Shown: one piece after another, positions 23,332 through 34,778 of the stretch
Numbering within the stretch: the stretch's first letter is position 1
Layout: every line of letters begins with the position of its first letter
From: Octopus bimaculoides
Taxonomy: Eukaryota
DNA length: 35,988 nucleotides
Reading direction: 5' to 3'
Assembly (NCBI RefSeq): GCF_001194135.2
Contig: NC_068987.1
Location: forward strand, 38,870,495 to 38,906,482
Notes under the pieces: generated by a model
Seen by the model: only the letters and a program-made list of their open reading frames with translations
Told to the model about the DNA's origin: nothing
Database searches by the model: none
Program-made: the position numbers and the translations under genes

Positions 23332-24043
23332 AAGAGAGAGAAAAAGAGAACGTGTATACATATTAAAACAAAAATGTTTACTTTAGTGTCACTCTTGACT
23401 GATAGTGACAATGAGTAAAAACGGATGCACCTGCAATATGTAAGGTGAGGTGAGTATTCAATGTGTCTGATTTGGAGGTGTCATTCATTGTAATTTCAAG
23501 TATAGGGTGGGGTGCGAATTAGTGTATCATCTTTTGTTTATTTGCATGGTAAATGACTAAAAGATTACTTTTTTCTTTTGCGTTTACATTTGAGGTGTCT
23601 ATTAGTGACAGTCTGTATATGAAGTAACATTTGAATGTTAGTATGTGCACGCATGCGCACATTCACGACTCTGATTATACATGATTATATACAGTGGCGT
23701 ATTAATCATACAAAGACATTGACACAAATACATGAAAACATACACTCCTGTATTTATATAAAATTATCAAAGCACTTACACTAATAAAATTTATAGAAAT
23801 GTATAAAATGCGTATACTAGGATATACATTACATCTGTTTTTTTGAGGGAGGAAATAACTAAAGAGCATATTACTGTTATTGGTATGCTACTATCACGCA
23901 CGCACAAACATACGGGCGCGCGTGTAGGTGTATGTCTAAAGTCGGTGACCAGGTAGAATTGATAGTGTTGGACAAAATGCCTTACGCTATTATTTTCCGA
24001 AACTTCACGTTCTGAATTCAATTCAATATATATATACATATGT

Positions 24044-24379
24044 ATAAGAAACTGAGATGACAAAGGAATAAACAATTATCTTATGTATTTCAGTAGCTTG
24101 CAGCTGTTCCTGCTAACAAGATGCAGTGGACTCATGACTGAGTGCCTGAATAACACGTTATAGCATCATCAGAGCTTCAAATAAGAAGCGAAATTTATTC
24201 AAGAAAAGAACTACATTCTTCCCAAATAAATTACACTTCATATTCGAATCTCCCGTGAAGCTATTAGATGTTACTCAGGCATTCAACTATGAGTCCACTG
24301 CATCTTATAGCAGAAACAGCTACAAGCTGCTGAAGTTCATAAGATAATCGGTTATTCCTTTGTCATCTCAGTTTCTTAT
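24044..24379. mobile_element. Foldback/MITE-like element with ~120-bp arms
   Basis: ataagaaactgagatgacaaaggaataa... pairs with ...ttattcctttgtcatctcagtttcttat; the internal gatgcagtggactcat/atgagtccactgcatc also pair. Confidence 0.8.
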
Positions 24380-24486
24380 TACCGCTCTGTACTCGACTAA
24401 CGCTTCTTTCTTACACATATGTATATTGAGTTCTACACCAGGTTATTAGTTTCACAATGCTTATGCGAAATACACACACACACACA

Positions 24487-24650
24487 TATGGGGTGGGAGT
24501 GTAGTAAGAAGCTTGCTTCCCAACTACATGGTACTGAGTTCATTCCAAGTGCGTGGAAACTTGGGCATGTGTCTTCTACTATAGCCTTGGGTCGACCAAA
24601 GACTTGTGAGTGGAATTTGGTAGACAGAAACTGAAAGAAGCCTGTCGTAT
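24487..24650 (+). mobile_element. SINE family B head
   Basis: gtagtaagaagcttgcttcccaactacatgg...gaaactgaaagaagcctgtcg followed by (TA)/(TG)n. Confidence 0.85.
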
Positions 24651-24799
24651 ATATATATATGTGTGTGTGTGTGTGTAAATACAAAATGGGACAAGAAAAC
24701 ATCCAGATAGACGATACAAAGAAAACAAGGATGGCTCATTCGGAGTTTTCTTTCCTCATTCGAGTTCCAGATCATCTCCAATCTGGCCAGCCCCAAGGA

Positions 24800-25193
24800 A
24801 AAACTCTTTTACTTATTTCAGTCATCTGAATGCAGCCATGCTGGAGTACCGCCTTTAGTCGAACAAATCGTCACCAGGACTTATTCTTTGTAAGCCAAGT
24901 ACTTATTCTATCAGACTCTTTTGCCGAGCCGCTAAGTTACGGGGACGTAAACACTCCAGCATTGGTTGTCAAGCGATGGTGAGGAGACAAACACAGACAC
25001 ACAAGCACCCACACATACACACATATATATATACGATGGGATTCTTTCAATTTCCGTCTACCAAATCCACTCACAAGGCTTTGATTGGCCCGAAGCTATA
25101 GTAGAAGACACTTGCCCAAGCTGTTACGCAGTGGGACTGAACCTGGAACCATGTAGTTGGGAAGCAAGCTTCTTACCATACAGCCACTCCTGC
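24800..25193 (-). mobile_element. Full-length composite SINE (B head, (TG)n linker, C body and tail)
   Basis: Minus strand: tRNA-like head 25193-25033, microsatellite linker, then a body homologous to 16752-16945. Confidence 0.82.
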
Positions 25194-25605
25194 GTCTATG
25201 TCCAATTAATGTTTGAACAGTTTCAATATTTACTAATCACCTCATATTTATTGTGATGGACACAAAAGAGTTGTTGATGCGAAACAGCGAATTCATTGCT
25301 TCCCAGTGTCACATTTGAGAATCATAGTTTAGGCCTCCTTAGGGAGACCAATCTTTCTACAAATGGAAGGATTTTAACTATAGCAAAGTATACAAAATAT
25401 AACAGCAATTTCATTAATTGGAATAATTCATTTTGTTGACGCTTTATATATTTACAACGGTACTGTGTATACAGTAAAGATACTGTTGAGCTATGCAGTG
25501 TTTTTTGCTGCTACCACACACATCAAATACGCACGCACAGTAAGGTAAGAGAGCAAAAAATAATCATTCATGTGGAATGGAAATGAAATTTTTGAGATAA
25601 CTTAC

Positions 25606-25835
25606 TTGCACATTTGCCGAAAGAGTGATTCGTAGCTTCCTTTGTTCTGTTTCAAATCATTCAGATACATAGCAGCAGATTCCTTCGGTGGAGCATGAAT
25701 GTGTTTGTATCGTAGTAAGTCTTGACCAGAAATCCATCGAAATATAACACGGACTTTGGCCACATCAGTTTTAGCTGGTTTCAACAAATAATTTACCAAC
25801 TCAGAGAGCTCAGCAGCGTGAAGTTCAGTTGGAGC
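25606..25835 (-). CDS. Hillarin/KY-like gene, most 5' exon found (start of transglutaminase-like domain)
   Basis: Acceptor tatctgcAG at 25837-25836 and donor AA|GTAAG at 25605. The 230-nt exon reads APTELHAAELSELVNYLLKPAKTDVAKVRVIFRWISGQD...NKGSYESLFRQMC(K), resembling hillarin/KY KARAIFRWI and YxxLFxxxC motifs. Confidence 0.88.
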
Positions 25836-25909
25836 CTGCAGATACAGAAGTAAACATGGAGTTAATTATAATTTTTTTTATTATGATTATTAATATTATT
25901 ATTGTTGCA

Positions 25910-26130
25910 TAAGGCGGCAAGCTGGCGGAATCGTTAGCACACTGGACGAAATGCTTAGTGGTATTTCGCCCGTCGCTATGTTCTGAGTTCAAATTCTGCG
26001 GAGGTCGACTTGGCCTTTCGTCTTTTAGGGGTCAATAAATTAAGTACCAGTGAATCAATGGGATCGATGTAATCGACTAGTTGTTCCCTCCCCTCAAATT
26101 TCAGGCCTTGTGCCTATAGTGGAAAGGATT
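25910..26130 (+). mobile_element. tRNA-derived SINE, family A
   Basis: aaggcggcaagctggcggaatcgttagc...gagttcaaattctgcgg...aaatttcaggccttgtgcctatagtggaaaggatt. Confidence 0.88.
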
Positions 26131-26211
26131 GTTGCTGTTGTGATGATGGTGGTGGTGGTTATTATTGTTGTTGTTGTTGCTGCTATTATTATTATTATTA
26201 TTATTATTATT

Positions 26212-26745
26212 GCGTGAGAGAGCAGTGTATGCCATCAAAGTGACACTGAGATAAAATATACGAAGCCCAGCATACCCACTATGACTACCCGTCTGATAAG
26301 GGTACACCAGGCACATGCATCACGACCATATGTGCGCGACATAGTGATCTCATATCAAGATAAACAGTGACCTTGCAGGTGGGGCCCAGATAGAATTTTC
26401 TTCAGCTCGCGTAGCCCATCCTGCTCAAAAGGTCCCTGAATAAGGGTTGCTTAAGGATGATGAACAAAACACCCATGATTCCGAAAGTGAATTATCCAAA
26501 CCTCAAAGAATTCCTCTCAACACATGGCTATGATGCTCCCCCACTACTTCTGCTCGTGATCAGAGATGCACTTATCGTCAACCACTAAGGGACATGCTCA
26601 ATTGGTTAAGGTCATGCAAATCTGTTGTATTGAGCAGAATATTTGCTGTAGCCCATCTTTTATACCAAGACAAAACAATGTACATGATAAAACATCCAGT
26701 CAGTTAAGATTATGATCCATGAGAGCCTCTGCCTGGTACTGCGTC
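26212..26745. mobile_element. ~540-bp interspersed repeat, copy 3
   Basis: Aligns with copies 1 and 2; flanked on both sides by (ATT)n-type repeats. Confidence 0.85.
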
Positions 26746-28009
26746 AGGGTATTTATCATTATTATTATTAGTATTATTAGTATTATTATGATTGTCGTTT
26801 TGGTTATTGTTGCCGTTGTCATATGCTATGAGCAGACGTGCCTAAACGGCAAAGGATTTTTAATACTATCTCGTTCTAATTTACGTAAGAAATGTTTGGA
26901 AATTATTTTGATGAGTTAAGATTGGAGAACTTTTGTGTGGCGACCCCGTTTACGTTGGATAAGATAAGTATGGTTTATACGTTCATGTTCTAGATTATAT
27001 AAACATGGTTTAGAAGAAACACATGATGACAGTTGCGAAAAAGTACCTGCCAACAATAGTCCATCATCTTGCACCGATTAGAAGCCAGTGTAGTTTAGAG
27101 AAAGGTAGCAACCGAATCGCAAAAATGAAGTGGGCGAATGCAAGGAAAAAGTAAAATATGCCCAACTAAAAATGATTATAATGCACGTTGGGAAGTCCTC
27201 GTAATAAACTGGAGAATCCTGCGATATCCTAATGAGAAAGCATTCGTCGAAATGATGAAGGATTCACGGATATATTTTTCACGGAGGAGTTCAACACGAA
27301 TCTGCAAAACAATCTCCAGAAGGGTCATGTCGATGATATGCAAAATTTGTTGGAATTGTTTGCTGATCTAATCCAACCTGAGTGTTGACTTGGTATTTCT
27401 GTTTTAAACATAGGAGTTTACGATTCTTCAAAAAAAAATTTAATTCGCAGACTCAGTTTTTTGCATCAACCTGATCATAAACACTAGGTCTCTAGTTTTC
27501 ATGGTCATTAATTCCTATATCGAAGGAAACAATTCAAAAATAAAAATAGAAAGTTACAGCAGGTTGCCTCTTCCAAACAGAGGAGCGAAAATATGAAAAA
27601 AAAAACGAAATTTGTTATTCATTTATTTATTTATTCATTCGTTCTTTCATTCATTCATTCACTTATTGTGAAATATCTTAATTTTCGATACTTAAAATAC
27701 AAATCCGAAGAAAGTTTTGAAAACATTGAGTCGTTTAGATTATAGCTAGATAAGGTATTCTATAGACCAGTGCATAGGGATAACATAGGTTGTCAACAAC
27801 TTAAAATAATCAACTGCTCAACTTAAAATGATCGGCTACACAGGGCCCCGATTACTGTGAACTGAGCGCATCTTTCCCAGCACGTCGAGCTTACAGAAAG
27901 TGAATTAGTTGACCGGGAGTAAACGTCAACAACAAATGAGGATACTCCCTTTTCAGGGCGATAAGAGTAGAAACGATAAGATATGAAAGCAGCGATAGAG
28001 AAAACTAGA

Positions 28010-30300
28010 TTAGAGGGTGTCTGGGGTATAATAGTAAAAATAGTACACCCATCCCAATTAATGAATAGTAAGTCGTCAGGAAATGCTAAAAGAATGTCCT
28101 CGTCAGATTATGTTGCAAACTCGACAGCAGGGTTTAAGTACGAACCAGACGAAGGAATTACTTTCGAGGCTTACTATAGAAGATACGAACAAATCTTCAA
28201 TAAAGATTTGGTCGACGATATGTAAACGCGTTTAATCTTTAAAACAAAAAACTGACAGCAGGAGAATGTACTCGCGAAAAATAGACATATTGTGTAAATT
28301 TTTTAGTGAGAAAAGCTCATTGCTCAATACACGTTGGGAATGTTTGAACCTAGAAGAGAACAACATTTGTTGGTAGAGTTAACCGGGAAGGTGAAAATTT
28401 TAAGCTGGACGAATTAATGCCAGATATGTTCAAGTGCCTGATATTTACTCAGGGACTAACTGTAGAGAAAGACGCTGAAGTAAGAACAAGAATTCTCGCT
28501 AAGCTGAAACAAAACCGAGCTGTAACCTTACAACCAGTGTCAAAAGAGTGTGAAAGAATAATAAATCTAAGACACGACACAGACAATTGAACTTAAAGAT
28601 TGCTCTCAAGTGAAACAAATGTGAAATAGGCAGAATAGAAATTATGTGTGTACTAAAATACAGTACAAACAGCACAAGAATCAGGAAACAAACCGATGTT
28701 TTATATGTGGAGGTCTGCACCAGAGAAAAAAATTGCCCATTTAAGAAAGCAGAATGCTTCCGTTGTGGAAAAATTGAACACATAAAAACGCATTGTAAAA
28801 CCAAGATGACAAAACGTTGGAACAAAAGAAAAAGAATAATCAGTATATAATCGAAAGAAAATGGTAATATAACAAAGAGAAAATGTGTAAATAGGAAAAT
28901 TAAAAATATAAGAGTTAGACACTGGAAGTGATATTACCATTATGAACGAAAAAAAACTTAGAAGTATATCGGTAAGCCAAAATTAAGTAAATCTACAAAA
29001 GTAGCACATAGTGTTACGGATAAAAGATTGTATTTTGTCGGTGAATTTGTGTGTAATGTAACAGTTTGTGACCAAATGAAAACGGTAAAAATATATGTGC
29101 TAAAATACTCAGTTAATCTATTCGGCATAGAGTGGATGGAACTATTCAAATTGTGGAATACGCCCACAAGTGTTTTGCGTGGGAACATAGTCGGTTCAGT
29201 CGAAGGTTTAAATGAGGCTGAGGGACTGAAACAAAAAATAAAATATTTATTTCCAGACGTTTTATCGGATAAAATTGGGCTGTTACACGAAAACAAAGGC
29301 AATTTTTTTTTACATAAACTGTTTTTTACATAAGCTGTTTGACATCCCAGACGCGATGGTGTCTGATAATGAAACACAATTTGAGTCTTTTGAATTTAAA
29401 AAGTTCTGTAAAACGTTCGCTGTAGAACATATAACTATGGCACCATACCGTCTCAGATCTAACGGACAAGCAGAACACTTTGGTGATATGTTCAAGAGAA
29501 CCCTAAGAAAGTCGAATAAGGAAGCCACGGGAGAGGTATCTCTACAACAATTCTTAGGAGTATACCGTGTTGACACCAAATCCAAATACACCAGCAGATG
29601 TGTCATCAACGGAGCTGATGTTTGCAAGGAAAATAAAATCAGTCTTCGTCAAATTGCTATCGGGTGAGAAAAAAAACTTACAAGGAAAAAATATGCCAAG
29701 ATTTTTCAGAATTGAAAAGGTGTTTGTGAAGCCATATAAGAACGGAAAACAGGGTTGGGAGGATTACCAAACGCATAGGTAAAATGCTCTACTTGGTAAA
29801 AAGTAGAAAAAGCTATACAAGAGACACAACTGAAAAAAAGATTCGTTGAGAGCGAACCCAAGAGAATGGAAGAACCAACGGAATGGTTATATGATACTTT
29901 TCAAGTACCAATGCAACTATAGATGATTAAACCCAGGCGCACATGCGTAGGAAAAAGAAAATGTACGGAGTACCTGGAAGTGGTTGGCAAATGGGAAAAA
30001 ATATTGAATGTATAACTTCGAAAAAAAGAACTCAAAAACGAGGTGAGGTGATATAAAAAATATTGTTATTAAAAGACAACATGTCCTAAGACAAAATGGA
30101 AAATTTAAAAGGGGAGATGTTGTGTGGATAATAGTAATGATGGTACACCCCTCCCACGTGACGAGGGATATGTAATAGTCGCTATAAATAAGTTGAGGTT
30201 CGTCAGTATAAAGAGAGAGTACGAAGTAGACGGTCATAGATAGTCGTGGTCTTACTTGTCTTACTAACTATACTGCTATACTTGAGTGGACGTTATAACA
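28010..30300 (+). mobile_element. Internally deleted Ty3/gypsy LTR retrotransposon
   Basis: Gag-like FKYEPDEGITFEAYYRRYE, zinc knuckle CFRCGKIEHIKTHC, protease LDTGSDI at 28915, integrase VSDNETQF...SNGQAE. RT/RNase H is absent. Confidence 0.85.
30118..30300 (+). repeat. 3' LTR of the gypsy element
   Basis: Polypurine tract aaaaggggaga directly before TGTTG; ends TAACA. Partial similarity to 28010-28060 (ataatagta...gtacacc). Confidence 0.65.
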
Positions 30301-30389
30301 ATCCGACATTAAGGATTACAATAGAAGCAGACTTAGAAGATTTGCACAGAAAATGCAACCTATATGCTTGCAGTAAGATTAAATCTTGA

Positions 30390-31730
30390 CTAATTCTCAA
30401 AGCGAAACAGGATGGCTGCGTTTCTAAAATGCTAAGCTAGGCTTCAAGACAAATAGGGAACGAAAGCTATTCGATAGGCCCAAGTGGCAGAGGCACAACA
30501 TGATTAGAAAGCCATAGCTAGTCTTTGGTGGATCACAATGAATGCTTGTTACTCGGTTCCAGGCAGATATGCGTGGCTTTTCGGTGGCACTATGCACAAT
30601 TGTTCGGAAAGAGTGGGACGGGGGCTAAAATGCAGGATGGACTTTAGTGCCTAACTCTGCAACCAGCAGCGACTCTTGGTGGGGCATCGGAGCGTTGTGG
30701 AAATTAAAGGAAACCATGTTTGGCTGCACGAGGGACAAATGGCTTGGTTTGGTTGGCCTTCCTTACGAGTTTTACGCTAATATGTCAGAATTGTTCGGCG
30801 ATCTCGTAGCAAGCGTTCATGGAACTAGCAACAGAATGGGAAAATTCCCAGTCCTCTGATCCGAGGTGAGATGGCACTGCTGAGAAGGACCCGAACGAGG
30901 GTGAGACGCAGATAATGCCATACAAGACAGACAAACCACGACGACCTCTATCTTGTGTGACACATCATAGAGAGGGATATTAATAAACCTGGCACGGGTG
31001 ATAAGTTCGGCCATCGGTATTTGGCAGCTGTCTTCAAAGCGGTCAGTCATCTGGTTAAATGGCCACCTATCAGAACCATTCAGTCTGACCGCCGAGATTG
31101 TTCATTCTTGATTCTTCTGTATGTATTGACGCTGGAGCCATGAGTGTGAAAGCCAGGGATAGTGAGGTGCATTCTGCGCAAACTAAGATATGCAGATGAT
31201 CCGTGTTGGCATATGCATGAAACGTTACCATAATAGTGTTAGAGAAGGAACAAATCGACCTAAGGGAATACGTGGCGTTGATAGGAGCGAAAATTAACCA
31301 GGAAAATTCAATAGACCTGCAGCTTGACACCTGAACATAATCGTAGAGTCCTGGATGGACAGATCGGTTTAATCCAGATCTCCAAGTGAACAAGACATCG
31401 TTGACACTACTGATTTCATCTGCCCTCCAAAAGTTTTGTTTTTTATCATACAGGGTGTCCAACGAAAACCATCCGGGGCCCATGGATAATTTGCAGAAAT
31501 CCCTGTCCTGGTATTGCTACCAAGAGACATTGCCGGTTTGAGGTAAACTCTAATGTACGATGATACCGACAGCCGGATCTGTCTGAGAAATGCGCAGAGC
31601 GATGAAACTTCTGCACGTGCTCATCCAGTGCCCGAGAATTTCTGACTTCTGAGTTTATGTTGATCACATGTTGTTACGTGCAGGGCGGATCTCACTGATT
31701 TCATTGACCAGCTCCGTAAGCCTAATTCTA
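30390..31730 (+). mobile_element. Decayed Tx1/L1-clade LINE ORF2 fragments
   Basis: GLVGLPYEFY (cf. PGxDGLPYEFY), LNGHLSEPFSL, AYA*NVTIIV (YADD), GAKINQENS, PGPMDNLQKSLSW and a zf-RVT-like SDET...LIQCP. Confidence 0.75.
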
Positions 31731-32735
31731 TCGGCATAAAAAACATGAATGTCTACGTAAATGTTTATTGACCAATCAACATCCGCTAGCATGTAGCAAT
31801 TCACAGTAAGGAGATTAAAGAAAGTTATGCAAATTCCTGTCAAATTGTATTTTCATAGGATTGGGAAAATTTTCCCAGAGTTATATAAAAGTTGGAATAT
31901 AGAACCCTCGAGTTGAACTACCTTAGACGCTGCACGGAAGTGCGCTCTCACTTTCTTCTGCATGATTTTTGCTTAACATACTTGGTATTTCATGCTCGGC
32001 AAAGGGTAATATCACCGTTGTGCTGTAATACCGACATACATGCATACATTTCTATATACGTGCAAATATCTTTCCATTAAATTAACTGCATTATTCTGTT
32101 TATATTAACTATATGTTAGCAAATATGTTTTCCGATATAATTAATTCACTTCTGCATTTTTAAACTATAACTGTTTCTGCTTGAAATAATAAATACATAA
32201 AAATACATATCATTTATTGTTGGATCGTTCCTATCTATGAACGTAGACTCTTACTTCTACATCTTACTCCTCATCGTCTACCTAATTACCTGAATTTTTA
32301 ATTCAAATAGCTATATTGTAAGAAGAGATTACAGAAAATCTATTTCTGTTTCCATTCCAGGTACTAAAATGCATCGCAAAAAAATTGAATACCTATATGC
32401 TACCGTGTCTGTGGTATTTGTGTGAGCATTGTTGTTGTTGTTAGCGTCACTTAATTTAGTAATATATACTTGAAATAATTTCCTTAACACAAACAAAATA
32501 GCCCGGGCAATTGTCTTCTTAATTTATGTGTAGACAACTTATGATTTAGAAAGGTCATTCAGTGTAATTCTCGAAATAAACAGCTTCGTAAACTCTCATT
32601 AAATAATCAAGGATAATATAATTCTAGGTTTTTGGCGCATACAAAACAATAGGAGTAAAGAAATGCGTTTTACATTTAAAGTACAGATTGCATAGACGTC
32701 ACGCAACAAGAAACAAAAGAATAAAACGATATATA

Positions 32736-33510
32736 TTGGGTCATCCCATAAATAATGCGGTTTTTCAATTGCATGTACTAAAAGTCGGAAGAGGACGGAA
32801 TAAACTACCTGCATCAATTACTATAAAAGCATGTAGTAATTTTACCTTGTGCTTATTCTTAGTGCAAGTTTTGCAGAGTGCAGTTCGATTTTAACATTTA
32901 TTTTTTCAAAGCTATAATGGAAGTGACAAAGGAGCATATTCGGCATGTTTTCCTTTATGAGTTCAATAAAGGCAACAACGCAATGAAAAGTGCGAGGAAT
33001 GTTAATGCAGTATATGAAGATCGGACAATAAGCGTAAACCAGTGTCAACGGTGGTTCCAGAAATTCCGAACCGGAAACTACAGCCTAGAAAATGAGCCTC
33101 ATCCTGGAAGATCTGTAGAGCTAGACGAGGACGTCCTGCAAAACCCTCGTGGAACAAAATCCCATCGTAACTGTTGAGGAACGAGCAGAGAAGCTTGGAT
33201 TTGGTCATTCAACCAATCATTCAAGTCAGCGCTAGAAGGAAAATGACCATCTTTGGTTTCTAGACGAAAGGTGTTCTTCCACTAGGATAATGCTTAGACA
33301 CATACAGCGAGGATGTCATTCCAAACGCTGGAACAGTTTGAATGGGAAACGATGCCCTACCCACTATATTCGCCGGATATTGCCCTATCTGATTATCATT
33401 TATTCTGCAGTCTTCAAAATCATTTGAACGGAAAAATATGAATTCTGTAGACGAGGTAGGAACAGTACTGGTAGAATATTTTTCGTCACAGACAAGTGAA
33501 TTTTGGAAGC
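32736..33510 (+). mobile_element. Decayed mariner (DD34D-type) transposon with internal deletion
   Basis: TA-TTGGGTCATCCCATAAATAATGCGG terminus. MEVTKEHIRHVFLYEFNKG...QRWFQKFRTGNYSLENEPHPGR from 32917, then DNA and YSPDIALSDYHLF motifs. Confidence 0.88.
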
Positions 33511-33929
33511 CTTCAGAACACGTGGAGGGCATGTTCTAAGATGGGTGAATTAAAATTAAATAATAATTGAAGGACAGGTGTCAAATCATGACGAAGTGAC
33601 ACCTGCCCTTCAATTGTTATTTATTTGTACATATATATGTATATATATNNNNNNNNNNNNNNNNNNNNNNNNNNNNNNNNNNNNNNNNNNNNNNNNNNNN
33701 NNNNNNNNNNNNNNNNNNNNNNNNTTTTATATGTATCAACCTTGAGGCTGCGGCCATACTGAGGCACCGCCAGTGTAATCACCTTTTAATTGGCCAATTT
33801 TATGGGATTGGCTTCTGGTAAAAGAGGGAGTTCTTGCTTCCTGGATGATGAAATATCTTTCCGGCTACAGAGAGCAACTGATTCCTTCCGCTCTCTTCAG
33901 TCTCGTGTCTGGTCCTAGCATGGCATCAC

Positions 33930-34568
33930 AAAGCAAACAAAGAATTGCTGTGTACCGTACTGACATCGCACCTTTACTCGTGTGAGACATGGACCCTTTA
34001 CAAACGTCATGTAAAGGTCATTGAACGCTTCCATCAGAGATATCTGAGACACATTATGAATGGTGACTAGACCTTAAAAATTCCAGACACACAGATCTTG
34101 AGGAAAGCTGATATCTTGAGTATTGAGGCGATGGTGCACAAGCCTCGGCAACGCTGGACTGGACACCTTATTAGAATGAAGGATAGCAGGATCCCTAAAC
34201 AGATGCTATATGGGGAACTTCTTAGTGGAAGGCTGCGATTTAAGGACTGTGATATGCAGGAGACCGACTGGGAGAGCAATGCCTGTCATCGCCACAGATG
34301 GAGAAAGCAGGTTTAGGAAGGAGTCGACACCTTAGAAAGAGCACGTATGCTTCATGAAGAATTTAAGCCTTCTGCTCGAAAGCGCACTGCTAGCGTAGTG
34401 AATGGAGAAGACTTGGTTTACAATGTTTGCAGTCGTGTATACTTGTCAAGAGCAGAGCTCATTAGTTAACAACGAAGCCGCAAATGCAAAATATAAGTTA
34501 GTCATAGAACGCAGATTCTTCCTAAAGGTCAGCAATGGTCTTCCTCGGTCACGAGTGGACGGCCATCA
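33930..34568 (+). mobile_element. RTE-clade LINE 3' fragment
   Basis: CETWTLYKRHVKVIERFHQRYLRHIM and QRWTGHLIRMKDSRIPKQMLYGEL; ends in a hairpin followed by a TA-type microsatellite or gap. Confidence 0.82.
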
Positions 34569-34778
34569 TANNNNNNNNNNNNNNNNNNNNNNNNNNNNNN
34601 NNNNNNNNNNNNNNNNNNNNNNNNNNNNNNNNNNNNNNNNNNNNNNNNNNNNNNNNNNNNNNNNNNNNNNNNNNNNNNNNNNNNNNNNNNNNNNNNNNNN
34701 NNNNNNNNNNNNNNNNNNNNNNNNNNNNNNNNNNNNNNNNNNNNNNNNNNNNNNNATATATATATATATATATATACG

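Noticed and set aside
31448-31470. TA-CAGGGTGTCC, resembling a Tc1 TIR
   Set aside because: It sits within Tx1 LINE coding remnants and no partner TIR was found.
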